DNA of 64,000 bases from Zygnema circumcarinatum SAG 698-1b. Taxonomy: Eukaryota; Plantae; Zygnematophyceae. Each line of letters starts with the position of its first letter. The stretch's first letter is position 1. Location: positions 2,294,001-2,358,000 of the forward strand of contig CM074817.1 in the NCBI GenBank assembly GCA_037447605.1. Reading direction: 5' to 3'. Made by a program: the position numbers and the translations under genes. The notes under the pieces were generated by a model that had not been told where the DNA came from, made no database searches, and worked only from the letters and a program-made list of their open reading frames with translations. This document shows positions 38,910 through 50,700 of this stretch, piece after piece.

Positions 38910-40909
38910 TCACTTGCTTAACCAGTAAATGAGGAGGAACAGGGTGCAGATAGCCACCACTGCTGACAGGATGAGATTATCCCGATTCTTTCTCCGCCTG
39001 ATTGCAGTTAGTAAGCTGTTTACCTGCACTCAAAATAAGATTTTGCACACAAAATGGGCGGAACTCAGTTTAGTATATACAACCTGCTGCCGCTAAAACT
39101 TTGCGAATTTTGAATTTGCTGTTAAGTAGTAGCATGCTTACGGTGACGAACGGAGCACTCGTTCACTTACACATCCCCCCCTCTCCCTTCCTGCTTGGCC
39201 CTCGCATATCCTTTCCCTCCTCTTTCTCTTTCTGTTTCTTCCCTCTAATCTTCCATTCCTCCCTTTCTCTCCTGTCCACATTTCCTTCTTCCTCCCTCCC
39301 CCTCCTTCCCCTCCCTCCCCTCCCTCTCTCATCCTCCTCAGCCTCACTCGCCACCCTCCCCCTCTCCCTACCTAAGGGAGTGACCACTCACCACAGGAAA
39401 CTTCTGTCCTACTTCCGCCATCTTCCCATACATGTCGCTGAAAAGCCCTCTCTGTTGAAGAAGGGATGCCGCAGTCACATGCGCTTGGTTGATTACTTCA
39501 TCAGCCTGCCCGAGCCCTCGGGCAATCAGAAAAAGGGGTCAGGGAACAAAAAGCTCGAAGATAAATACTCATACGACATAAAAACACACTTCTTTAATGT
39601 TCTCTAAACGGAGATTCCCAAGAATGAACAATGAGTTCTTCTTCATTCTCCCTTTGCTATATCCATACAAAAAAACATTTATGGCTTTAGATTTTTCTCA
39701 CCTTGTTAAGTGAGCCCTGAATAAGCCCTCTCTCTCTTAGGAGAGCTTGTTGGCTAGTCAAGGCCCCGTCATTATTCGAAGTTTTCGTGTTGGTGGATCG
39801 CGTTATTGAGCCTCCCAAAAGCTGTGCGTGGTGCAGGTTTGCTATCACACTTTTTCTCGTCCTCATAAACTCCTGCAGGAGCACATATACAATATACCAG
39901 TTGCTTAGCAATCATCCAAAAGCAGGATAGATAAGCTAAATAACAATAAACAAAAGCAGCAACAAGAATCCAAAACTGGACTACCCATATTTGGTGCAAC
40001 TTCTCCTTCTCCTCCCTCCTCCCACTCCCTTCCTTCCTTGTTCTCTCCATTTCTTTCGAACTACTTGCCTCATCCCCTCTTCCCCTCATCCGCTTCTTCT
40101 CTCCTTCCTACATCCACCTCACATTCCCTCCCTCACTCCCTCCCTCCCGCCACTGCTTATCCTCCCTCCCTCCCTCATCTCGTCCTCCTCTACCCCATCC
40201 CCTCCAACTAACTATCTCCCACTCCCCACCAGTTCTATCTCCTCCACCGTCTACACTCCCACCTCCTCCCACTCCCACCTGTGTGAGTTCCAGGAGAATA
40301 TCGCTATGCCGGGCGAGAGTGTGGTTAAACATTTCGGAGGAGCTCGCCTGCACTCCCTCTCCCATCTTCCCATTTATGGTTTTCAGCTGCTCGAGCAGCT
40401 GCTCTATCTCTGCTGCTTTCATCTCTGCCTCCACCGGATCCGGCACATTGGAGCCCGCACTGAAGGAATATGAGCTTCCAAGTCGAGAATAGGCAGACAA
40501 CTTTGAGTCGAGTTCAGACTCCAACTTGCGAGCCTGTCACATTTCACCACTCCAAAATACATGCATCAGGATTCGAACGAAGGAACGATACGGAAACACG
40601 AAAGGAGGAGGGAGCTCATCCTGTGAAAGTAATCCAACATGGAATAGCTTATGCCCTTTCGATGTGCCTATCCTGTACAGGTTTTATGCGCAGCTCATCA
40701 ACAGTTCAGTGGTCATCGAAAGCCCATCATCTGAGAGGCGTCGTGAACCGAAATCTGATAATCAATGGCAAGCATATGACCCTCTCGCTCAAAAAATGAT
40801 TGGCAAAGAAGGGAAAACTCTCTGCCTGAATTCTTGAGGCAAAGTGTGAAAGCTTCACCTCTCGTCGCAGGTCATCCCACAGCATCGCACTGCCCTCTAC
40901 AAGCATCAT
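38910..40909 (-). CDS. GOS1: Golgi Qb-SNARE of the GOS1/GOSR1 family, 234 aa; exons 40909-40859, 40533-40279, 39872-39702, 39505-39392, 39023-38910
   Basis: WDDLRREARKLESELDSKLSAY, LARHSDIL, RERGLI, C-terminal RRKNRDNLILSAVVAICTLFLLIYWLSK*; all introns phase 0. Confidence 0.94.
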
Positions 40910-42832
40910 GTATCGCACAGCTTGGAAGTCCTTGTTGTGAATCGAAGCGAATTCTTTCACTGATGAGCGAGCGGGGTTTCTCCGCAGCAACCTTCCGTCA
41001 GACTCGGTTGAATCAAAACCTGATTTAGGACTGGAAGATAGTCCAGACCCCCTCATGCCCTATTCCTAGGCACTTTTTCTTCAATTTTTGGCAGTGAAGG
41101 GCGTGCATTGGAAAGGACGAAGGACGAAGGACAGTTAGAGTTTAGGATCTATGATGTTTGAGAACACATACGCTCTCCAGCCCATAGGACAAAAGGCTGC
41201 AGCACTCAAATGTAAATATGAAAGGCCGAGTTATGGCTCCGATTTTGCACTTTCCCGTTGCACTCAGGTGCTGGTCAAGGGGAGAGAACCGGAAGCTAAA
41301 GAAGAACGCGGAGATTCATCAAAGGGATTAAACAGTTGAGTATTTTTCTGCAGATAGGCAAGAAACGGGGAGCAAAAGAAAGGACTAGGGTTAAAAGAAA
41401 CCATTGAAGAATAGCAACCGCAAAAGTTTGTTATCACCGCTGTTATGGACGCAGAAGGTTGGCTTGCCTACATTAGAGAAAGTCAAAATTGTGATTTGGA
41501 CCTCTTGGAGATATAATATTCAAATTCTTGAATAGCATCAACTTCACATCATGTAGTAAAAATTTCAGTATTTATTGAGGCCTTACTTGCGTTCCTTTAG
41601 CATTATCTCTTGATTCCACGCAAGACTTCTTGTTGTTGAACAGCTAAACAGTCCTTAAGTCCTATCATCAATAATTTAAGACAGTGAAGTAGAAATGTAA
41701 GTGAATGACTTTGGAACAGTGGTTGACAGGTCGACCCTGAAACATAGGGGATTTTATAGCCCTCTCAAGAACCAACTTCTTGAACGCAGAACGCATTCTT
41801 GCAAGCTAGCCATTTCTATGCTCTAAACATTCCAAGTATCAGATTCTGAATCACTATAATAAACATAGGTCGATTCAAGCGATCCTGCAACAGGATCCAC
41901 TCTCAGTAGCTGACTCCCATCCTCGTGCATGCATGCAGGATACTGCCGATCTCCAAACAAAGCTCTTAACAAAGATCAGCATTCATAGATACATTCCCTC
42001 AACTTCATCTAACCTCACAAGCTAACATCTTCTTTCCAAGATAAAAAAACGGTGATTCATTGAGCTCGCTTACCTTCCGATTCGCGCCAAAAACCACCTA
42101 GCATTCCACCAGAGTGTGATCTGGCTGCAATACTCGTTATTTCATATTTCAAATCATGCCATGGTCTGCAGCAATGTGAGCTTTTAATCCATTAGGGCTG
42201 CAGAAGGCGCCTGCAAGCTTTCGCCCTCCCCTGTAAGGGCCCTGCAATCACAAGCCCCCCTCCGGCAGGAGCCTGCCAGGCCAGGCGCATGCGATAAATT
42301 CGTACCCATCTCGTACGGTACAGTACGGTACGTCGTTGACCACCGTACAGTAATCATGTCTTCGGCCTTCCGTACACCCCGGAACGTCTCATACGTACGG
42401 ACGTAAGGACGTATGAAAGTACGGATAAATTTACGGAACCGTGCTTCATGGAATTACTTTCCCGTTTGATCTGGACGGGATTCAGAACTGACCGGAATGC
42501 AAAAGTTGTGACATGTTTTGGTTAAAAAGCAGTCGCGAAAATTTTAATTTTTGAGATAATGTGACAAAGGTCGCGACAAGGGCAAAGGTCGAAAGCCAAT
42601 TTGGCTTCGGTTCAAAATTGGTACTCGCAATCGGCACTCGAGTGTAGTGTGGTAATTATTTTCATAACTTTTCAAAGTACTCTTTTTAAATTTAACTTTC
42701 AATTTGCCGTAGTTTGATTTTAAGTTCTCTCCTGAACCCCAAATCCCCACATGACAATACGAGAGGACCACAATTCTTGTTCTTTTCGCATCGGGTCAAT
42801 CTTTTGCTTTGAGGGAATCGCCAGTGAGTGCG

Positions 42833-45800
42833 TCAGGCGAGGCCCTGAATTGAAAATAGTTTCTTTCCGAGGCCTGCGGCAAAGTCCGAGTTGCCGAGGA
42901 GAAGGAGCGCGAGCGCGAGGAGGGCGAGCCAATCGGAGCGCGCCATCGCCAGCGGGCGGAGGAAGAAAATTTTGTGCTTCTCGGGACGGCCCGCGTACCG
43001 CCGCACTAACATCGCCTGCGGTAGGCCAAGGACTATCGAACATGAGGGAGGGATGGAGGAGGGAGAGAGCNNNNNNNNNNGAGGGAGGGAGGGAGGGAGG
43101 GGGGAAGGGGGGGGCAGGGTGGGGAGAGGAAGGGAGATGGAAGAAGAGGGAGGGAGAGTGAGGGAGAGGGAGGGAGGTGGCTCACGTACCTGTGCTATCT
43201 GCAGTGCGTGTGAAAAAAGATTTTCGAAAAGGCGTCCAACAAGTCCCGTTAAAACTGGCAGCCCAGAATCAAACGGGAAAGAAAATAGCTTTAAAATAAG
43301 TTTGTCAAAATGGACCCACGGCCGAAATCTCCAAGATTCAAATATTTACAAAGAAAACCTCGAAATGAATGGCAAAACCTTTTCCAATTGAGCTATTCTT
43401 TTTTGCCTTTCTTTATTTGGTCTCTTTCTGTAATTTATTTCCCACCATCAATCGTTCCCAGAGTTTTGAGAGTCCGCCATTGAATTCCTCTCGATACGAC
43501 TCCCAAAGCCAAATTTCGCACCTGCACATGAAATAAAAAGTAAAAGGAAAAAAAAAAATCCATCACTGGAGAAGATCCCAAAAAAGATAGTGTGGGATTT
43601 TTTTGCGTTGGCCAAGTTTTCAGTTTTCAAGTTTTTATCGAAGCAAGTTTTGAAACTATCTGATTCCAAGCGCTATTTGGCTTCTGCTTTTAGTATTTCT
43701 GGCTTTCGTGGCCTTGGTTTCCAGTTTCTAGTTTTCAGTTTCTGGTTTTCAGTTTCTGGTTTTCAGTTTCTTGTTTCCAGTTTCTGGTTTTCTGTTTCTG
43801 GTTTTCAGTTTCTTGTTTCCAGTTTCTGGTTTTCTGTTTCTGGTTTTCAGTTTCTAGTTTCCAGTTTCTGGTTTTCAATTTCTGGTTTTCAGTTTTCAGT
43901 TTCTGTTTCTCTGTTTCCGGCTTCTGGTTTTTCGGGCAGCGAACCTCCTCGAAGACGAGTCCCAAAAAGCGCAGACTGAGCAGCAGAGTGAGGACAGTTT
44001 CGTCCACGGGCAGCCCAAAACTTTTCAGCGGCCCGAGGGCCCACTGGAGGCCCTGCGCCAACTGCTCGGGCGAAGTCGTACAAAGGCACAAACTGGCACT
44101 TTGGAGGACCTGGAAAACAAAAAAAATATATACAATACATATATAAATATACATATAATATAAGTATATCTATCTTTGTAAAGATTTCTTTGAACACTCT
44201 CAACACTCAAAAATTCAGAGCTTCAAAAACTCAAGACCCCCCTTTTTGTCCCCCAAAAAGACATCATTTTCTGTTTCCCCTTCTTTAACATTTTCTTTTT
44301 CGCACTGACCGTAAAGGACAAGCAGGCGCTCGCTGCAGCGAGCGAAATTCCGCGGCGCGTTATTTGAATTGGGCCCAATTTCAAGAGGACATAACTGTAA
44401 TAACTGCCGGAGGGAGGAGTCCCCGCAGTGAGGGGGAGGCCTGCGCGGCTGCACTATGAGCAAGTGCACTGTCCCAGAGAGATGGCTCCCACGAACAGGA
44501 AGAGAGAGAGGAGGGAGAGACGGGAGAGCTGCTCCTGCAACTCTCAAAGGGGGCATATGTGTGAATAGAAGAAGGTTGACATGCAGAGAGAGAGAGGGAG
44601 AGAAGAGAGAGGGAGAGAGAGAGAGAGAGGGGGAGGGAGAGAGAAAGAGAGAGAGGGAGAGAGAGAGAGATATATATATGGAGAGAGGGAGAGAGAGAGA
44701 GTGGGGAAGAGAGAGAGAGGGGAAGAGAGAGAGAGAGGGAGAGAGTGAGAGAGGGGCTTTTGGTGACGTTTGTGCAGAAATAAGATATTGATGTGGGAGA
44801 CGTAAGCAAGAAGAAATTAGATTATATGCATATAGTATATTATGTATATGTACATGTATACGTTTGCTGATAAGCCCTCTTCCGAGGCTTGAATGGATGC
44901 TGAGGGAAGACGAAAAACAGACCCTAAAATTCACTTGATTAACCTCAACTTCCTGAAAACGTAGCAATTTCAAGAGTGAAGCATGCGAAACAATGGACTT
45001 GAAGTAAGTTTTTTTTTACGTAGTTTCATGCTTTTAAAAAGTTGTGACTGTCGTTAAACAGAGCTGTACCTGCCACATAGAAAGCGGCATCGTATTTATT
45101 GTGAGCGCCACAAGAGCAGCGACTATTCCAAACCGAACCGCCACTCCCTTCCCCGTTGGGAGAAGCACGAGAGCGATAAGCCACGCCTGGTTGAGAGAAA
45201 AATGACAACAAGATTGAATACGATGTTCGAAGGTGGCTTGAAAACTAGGATTTGATCATTCATGCATCTTGCACAGAGAGAGAGAGAGAGTGTGTGTGTT
45301 GACGGTCTTTAAGGTTTAACAGCAAAGCGGCTTCAATGACTCGAAGGGAAAATCGAAGGGTTTCAAGGAGATGTTAAGAGTTCCAGGGTTTGTAAAATAG
45401 TGAATATTCATGTTTTTAGGGTTCCCAAATTGCGAAGGGTATTGAAACGTTCTAGGTTGAGTAAAGTCTTTTTGCTTCTAAAACTCTCAAAAGTATACGG
45501 AAGCGATAAGAATCGAACTCATATGCCTTTAGAAATGCATGAGTTGAAAAGGCGTGGACAGGTCTCTAAGACAACTGAACCCATAATTTTTTAGGGTTTC
45601 AACAATAGATGAACTCTTGAACTTGACTAGAACAGTCAACATTAGGGTTCCTCTTCCAATTGTGAAGGGCTCAAGAACGCACATATAACTGCAGCATGGA
45701 ACGGATTACCTGCTTGACGCGCGGGTCGAGACGATGCAGTGCAGTGGAGGGCTCGGCGGAGAAGGAACCAATGGGAGGCACGGAAGTGTTCACTATGGCG

Positions 45801-46483
45801 CCCAGGATTTTCTCTCCCACACTCTCTCTCACAGGGAGGGGAGGGAGCTTCAAAGATGACCACCCTTTTGCCCTATTTTTGGGGGAATTTGATGTTGATG
45901 GTGGCTGTGTTGGCGATGATGTAGATGGCGTTGGTTGTGATGAAGATGATGTTGATGGTGATGGTGATGGTGATGGTGATGATTCTGACGATGGCGATGA
46001 TGATGCTGATGATGATGATGGTGATGAAGAAGATGATGATGATGATGACGACGATGATGTTGATGGTGAAGATGATGACGATGATGCTGATGTTGATGAC
46101 CTGCGCTTATGACTAACTGGAGCAAAAATTCTAACCCTAAAATTGGAGTGGAGAGATGGCGATGATGAAGATGATGAGAAAGACGACGACAAAGATAGAG
46201 ATGTTGTTGGCCATGATGGTGACGACGGCCTGCCTCTTCTTTTAGCTGGAGCAGCGAAGCTAACCCTAATATTGGAGTGGAGCCATGGCGCATTGCCACG
46301 CATGTGCCCGCAGGGAGGCGGCGCCAGCTGGGCACATGCGTGAGATAACCAGAAACCCTGAACCCCTGGCGACACGTGGCGTATTCTGAGCGCGCCGCGC
46401 GCTGCTCCTGCAGGGACAGGCCGGCCCTCGCGGGAGGCGGGAGGGAGAGAGGAAGGGAGGGAGGGGAGGGTCTGCGCAGCCAT
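42833..46483 (-). CDS. ABCI12: Plastid ECF transporter T-component (EcfT/CbiQ, ABCI12-like); exons 46483-45710, 45186-45070, 44534-44310, 44109-43945, 43521-43446, 43254-43190, 43015-42833; in-frame TAG at 44456-44454 in exon 3
   Basis: LHRLDPRVKQ, TTSPEQLAQGL, LLLSLRFLGLVFEEVRNLALGVVSRG, QAMLVRRY. Exon 3 is locally frame-scrambled, probably by sequencing indels. Confidence 0.88.
43717..43905. repeat. 7-bp-period repeat (GTTTCTG/GTTTTCA/GTTTCCA) with about 42-bp higher-order unit, ABCI12 intron 4
   Basis: Direct reading. Confidence 0.85.
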
Positions 46484-46586
46484 GGCTGCGCAGACTGCGT
46501 ACAAGGGCAGCGCGCTGCAGAACCTTCAAAGGGGAGAGAGGTAGAGAGGAAAGGACGAGAGCGAACGAGCGCGAGCGAGAGAGAGG

Positions 46587-46617
<31 letters not shown>

Positions 46618-47785
46618 AGATAGGGAGAGGGGGAGAGCGGGGAACACGGAGAGGGGAAGCAGCAGTAAGCCCTTGATAAAGACACTCCTCGATTATGTCA
46701 TTTCTTCTTCATCAATGGCCTCGATAAAGACACACTAACTCGTGGTTTTCGGGTCGCGAAAGTAAAACACATTAGAGCATTCGTGCAAGTCACGTCACGG
46801 CTAGTGAAGTAAAATTGCACTTCAAACACTGCCTTTCTACGAGAGGAAGGGGAGGGAGAGGAGGGAGAAGGAGAGGAGGGAGAGGGAGAGGGAGGAGAGT
46901 GAAGAGAGAGGAAAGAGGGGGCGAGGGAGGAAATGAGTGAGATGTCAGTTCACAAAATCTTGACGTTATCGAGTCTCTACTGTTGCCGGGAAAAAAACAT
47001 GTTCAAAATCCCCCAATCCTTTCTCCCGAGTGGTTTCAGACATGCAGCGACGCACAAACGCCCCAAAAAAGAGTAGCAATAAAACACAGCATTTGCAAAT
47101 GGCACATCCAAAAAACCGCATTCGCCACCTCTCTCCCAATTCCTTTCTCCTCCCTCTGCCCATCTCCCCCCCTTTACTTCCCTCTCACTCCCTCACCCCC
47201 TCTACCTCCCAGTCCCTCCATCCCTCCCCCCGCCTCAACCTCCCTCACTCTCCCTTTCCCTCTCCCTCCCTCTCTGCCCCATTCACCTCCCTCTCCCTCT
47301 CCCTCTCCATCTCCTCCCTTTCCATCTCCCACCCTCTGCCCCATTCACCTCCCTCTCCCTCTCCCTCTCCATCGCCCTCTCTCTCTCTCACCTATTCACC
47401 TCCCTCTCCCTCTCCCTCCCTCTCTCTCACCCATTCACCTCCCTCTCCCTCTCCCTCCCTCTCTCCCCCAACCCTATCTCAGAAGTCAACGAGGCATCGC
47501 AATGTTTGCGGTTTGAATTTCAGTTAAACATCCCAATGGGAGTTAGTCCTTCATCGCACTCACAATCCAGGGTCCAGCACTGCTCCTGAACCCCAGAGAA
47601 TGGGAAAAACGGGCAGGAAAGAACATCTACTTACTCTCTTTTGCGCGAAACTTTTTTTTTGCCTGTGTGCCTTTTCCTTACTATAGCCGAAACCGAATGC
47701 ACAAAAAAAACCCTAATCTCTAAAAATAAAAGAGGGGGTGTGGGGGGGGAGGGGGGGGGAGGGAGCCGGGCAGAAGAAAAAAAAA

Positions 47786-50700
47786 TTACTTCGACTCGTG
47801 CACTGTGGGCCTCTCTGTTCCACTACTGACTGCCTGCACTAACCCTCGGCCGTTTTCGGGCAGCTCTGAAAAAATTTCGCGGGGATTTCTTTTTTCTGCT
47901 ATCATTTTTTCTCTGAAGGCGGCGACCTGCTGCTCTCTCACTTCCACGGCTCGCGGCCCAATTTCGTCAAATCTTCCAAAATTTTTGGCCAGATCGGAAA
48001 TTTGGGCAGCTTGAAGCGTCTTCTTTTCGAGAAGCTCTTCGATGAGGGCGTCCATGAAGCTCCGGTTTTGGAGCAGTTTCTGAAGGCAGGGAGAGGGGCA
48101 GCCCATCCCAAAGGGAGAGGGAGGGTGAGAGAGGGGGACAGAGGGAGAGAGAGAGGGAGGGGAGGGAGGGTGAGATAGGGGGAGAGAGGGCAAGGAAAGG
48201 GAGGAGAAGGAGGGTGAGATAGATGAAGAGAGAGATAGAGGATGGGGAGGGCGAGAAGGGGGAGAGAGGGACAGAGAGAGAGGGAGGAGAGGGAGGGTGA
48301 GATAGGGGGAGAAAGGGAGAGAGAGAGGGAGGGGAGGGAGGAAAGGGAGGAAAGAGGGGGACGGGTGAAGGAGCGAACGAGGGAAGGGTAAGGGAGCGGG
48401 GAGGAAGGAAAAGAGAAAGAGAAAGGGGGGGGGGGAAGGGGAAGAGAGAGCGGGCGAGAAAAAAGCGAAGAACGATAAGATCAGCCTGATCAACAAGTCT
48501 AAAGGAAATTCAATTCAAAAGGAAGGACCTCTACCACACTTAAACACTCTCTACATTCTCTAAAGCTACAAAAAATTGCTATTTTCACTCTCTCCTCTCC
48601 CTCCCCTTTGTCATTCTTTCCTTTGCTATCACTCGTTTCAATGACAAGGGCAAGAAAGATATTCCAAATGTGGCCCTACCTTCTCCGCCCGCTGTCGGCA
48701 ACTTTCAATGATTTTTTCCGCCTCTTGATCGACGGCTGCGATCCTTGCGGGGTCCTGCAGCACTTCGTACAGTCCGTACAGGTCGCGGTTCTCCGAGAGG
48801 CCCTGCAGGACCATCCTGCGAGCCGTTTTTCGGGCCAGGTCCGTTGAATCTGCCCAGATGGTGCTCGCCTGAATGGCCCCAAATTGTCGAAAGGGTCAAA
48901 TGCAGTCACAACGTGACGTGAGGTGAGGTGAGAGAGGAATAGAGGTGGGGGAGGGAAAGATAGGTGAGGGAGATAGGGGAGAGAAAGATGGAGATAGGTG
49001 AGAGGGAGATAGGAATAGGTGAGAGAGAGATAGAGATAGGTAAGAGAGGGATAGAGATAGGTGAGAGAAAGATAGAGATAGGTGAGAGAAAGATAGAGAT
49101 AGGTGAGAGGGAGATAGAGATAGGTGCGAGGGAGATAAAGATAGGTGAGAGAAAGATAGAGATAGGTGAGAGAGAGATGGAGGTAGGTGAAAGAGAGATA
49201 GAGAAAGGTGAGAGAAAGATAGAGATAGGTGAAAGAGAGATAGAGATAGGTGAGAGAGAGAGAGAGAGATAGGTGAGAGAGAGAGAGAGAGATAGGTGAG
49301 AGAGAGANNNNNNNNNNAGAGATAGGTGAGAGAGAGAGAGAGAGATAGGTGAGAGAGAGAGAGAGAGATAGGTGAGAGAGAGATAGAGATAGGTGAGAGA
49401 GAGATAGAGATAGGTGAGAGGGAGATAGAGATAGGTGAGAGAAAGATAGAGATAGGTGAAAGAGAGATAGAGAGTGGTGATTTAGAGACAGGTGAGAAAG
49501 AGATAGGTGCGGGAGAGATAGGTGAGAGAAAGATAAAGTCAAGCGAAGTCAAACAAAGTCAAGATAAGTCACCGCCATTGGAACGCACTACAAATCTCAC
49601 TACTCTACGAAAGGTGGCTGAAAAAAAAAAGGGGCGAAAAAAGGTTGCGAGTAATGACTTGTCGGTTGTGACTGGTGATTTCAAACCATTTTTTCAGTGC
49701 ACTATGAACCAACATCAAACTTTTCTAGAAAAAATTTCACAAAATTGAGCCCTCTCAACCATTCCTTTCCGGGTAATTGCTTCTCATTTGTCCAGTAAGC
49801 AAGCCAATATTTTTCAGTATACAGCTTCAAAAGCTCAAAAGAGTGAGGGAGCCTTCCTGCTGTTTTCCAACTTCAGATGTTGAGAAGGTTCCAATCGGCC
49901 CTTAACCCTAACTTTTGATAAAGTTAACGGCTTAATAGAGGGCCTACCTCCTCCCGTCCGTACCACAGCTCGTCCGCTACCATGGGCGCCAGCTGTACCG
50001 CGATAAAGTCAAGGAAGCCCTGTTGGGAGAGACTCCCTAACAGCACCGCCGCTCTCTCCCCTCTCAAACGGAGTGATCCCTTCTCCTCTCCCATGCGAGG
50101 TAGGATAGAGACCTGTTCTCCCACCCAGAGAGATGGCAGCGTCATGGGACTGCTCTCCTCAACGTATACCTCTCTCTCTCCCTCTCTCTCTCTCTTTCTC
50201 TGTCTTTGTGTATCTCTCCTCCTTCCATTCTCCCCTACCGCACCGACTTTCCATCTCCCTCCGTTTCCACCACTCTGTCCATCCTCTTCTTCCCTCCCCC
50301 TTCCCTTCCCCTCTCACTGTTCCTCTCCCTCTCCCTCCCTCTGCATTTCCCTCGTCCACCTCCCCCTCCCTTCCTCCCTTACCCTCGCCCTCCCTCCCCC
50401 TCCTCTCCTTCCCCATCTCCAACACACACTCCCTTATACTACACACCTTCCACACCTTCCTTTATCCCTCCTTTCACTTTCCCCCCACCTCACTTCATGG
50501 AAGTTTTAGGGTTTGCATTGTGACCATCTGAATGTCGTCAAGATCGGGGTAGCCCCACGAGACTGCCACGAGGGCCGCCTCGTTGAGTGCGAGTTGGCGG
50601 TCTCTCTCTAAGCTTCTCCCGTGCGTGTTGGGGAACCCTCCCTCCTCGACCATGGCGGCCTCCAAGAGGTCGTCCGTGGTCACCTGTGCAGTTCAAGGGT

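Noticed and set aside
41000-42300. AT-richer block, possibly a decayed retroelement
   Set aside because: No RT, integrase or gag motifs recognised in the frames examined.
45696-46116. Plus-strand poly-Asp and poly-Met ORFs
   Set aside because: Antisense shadow of the Ser-rich linker in ABCI12 exon 1.
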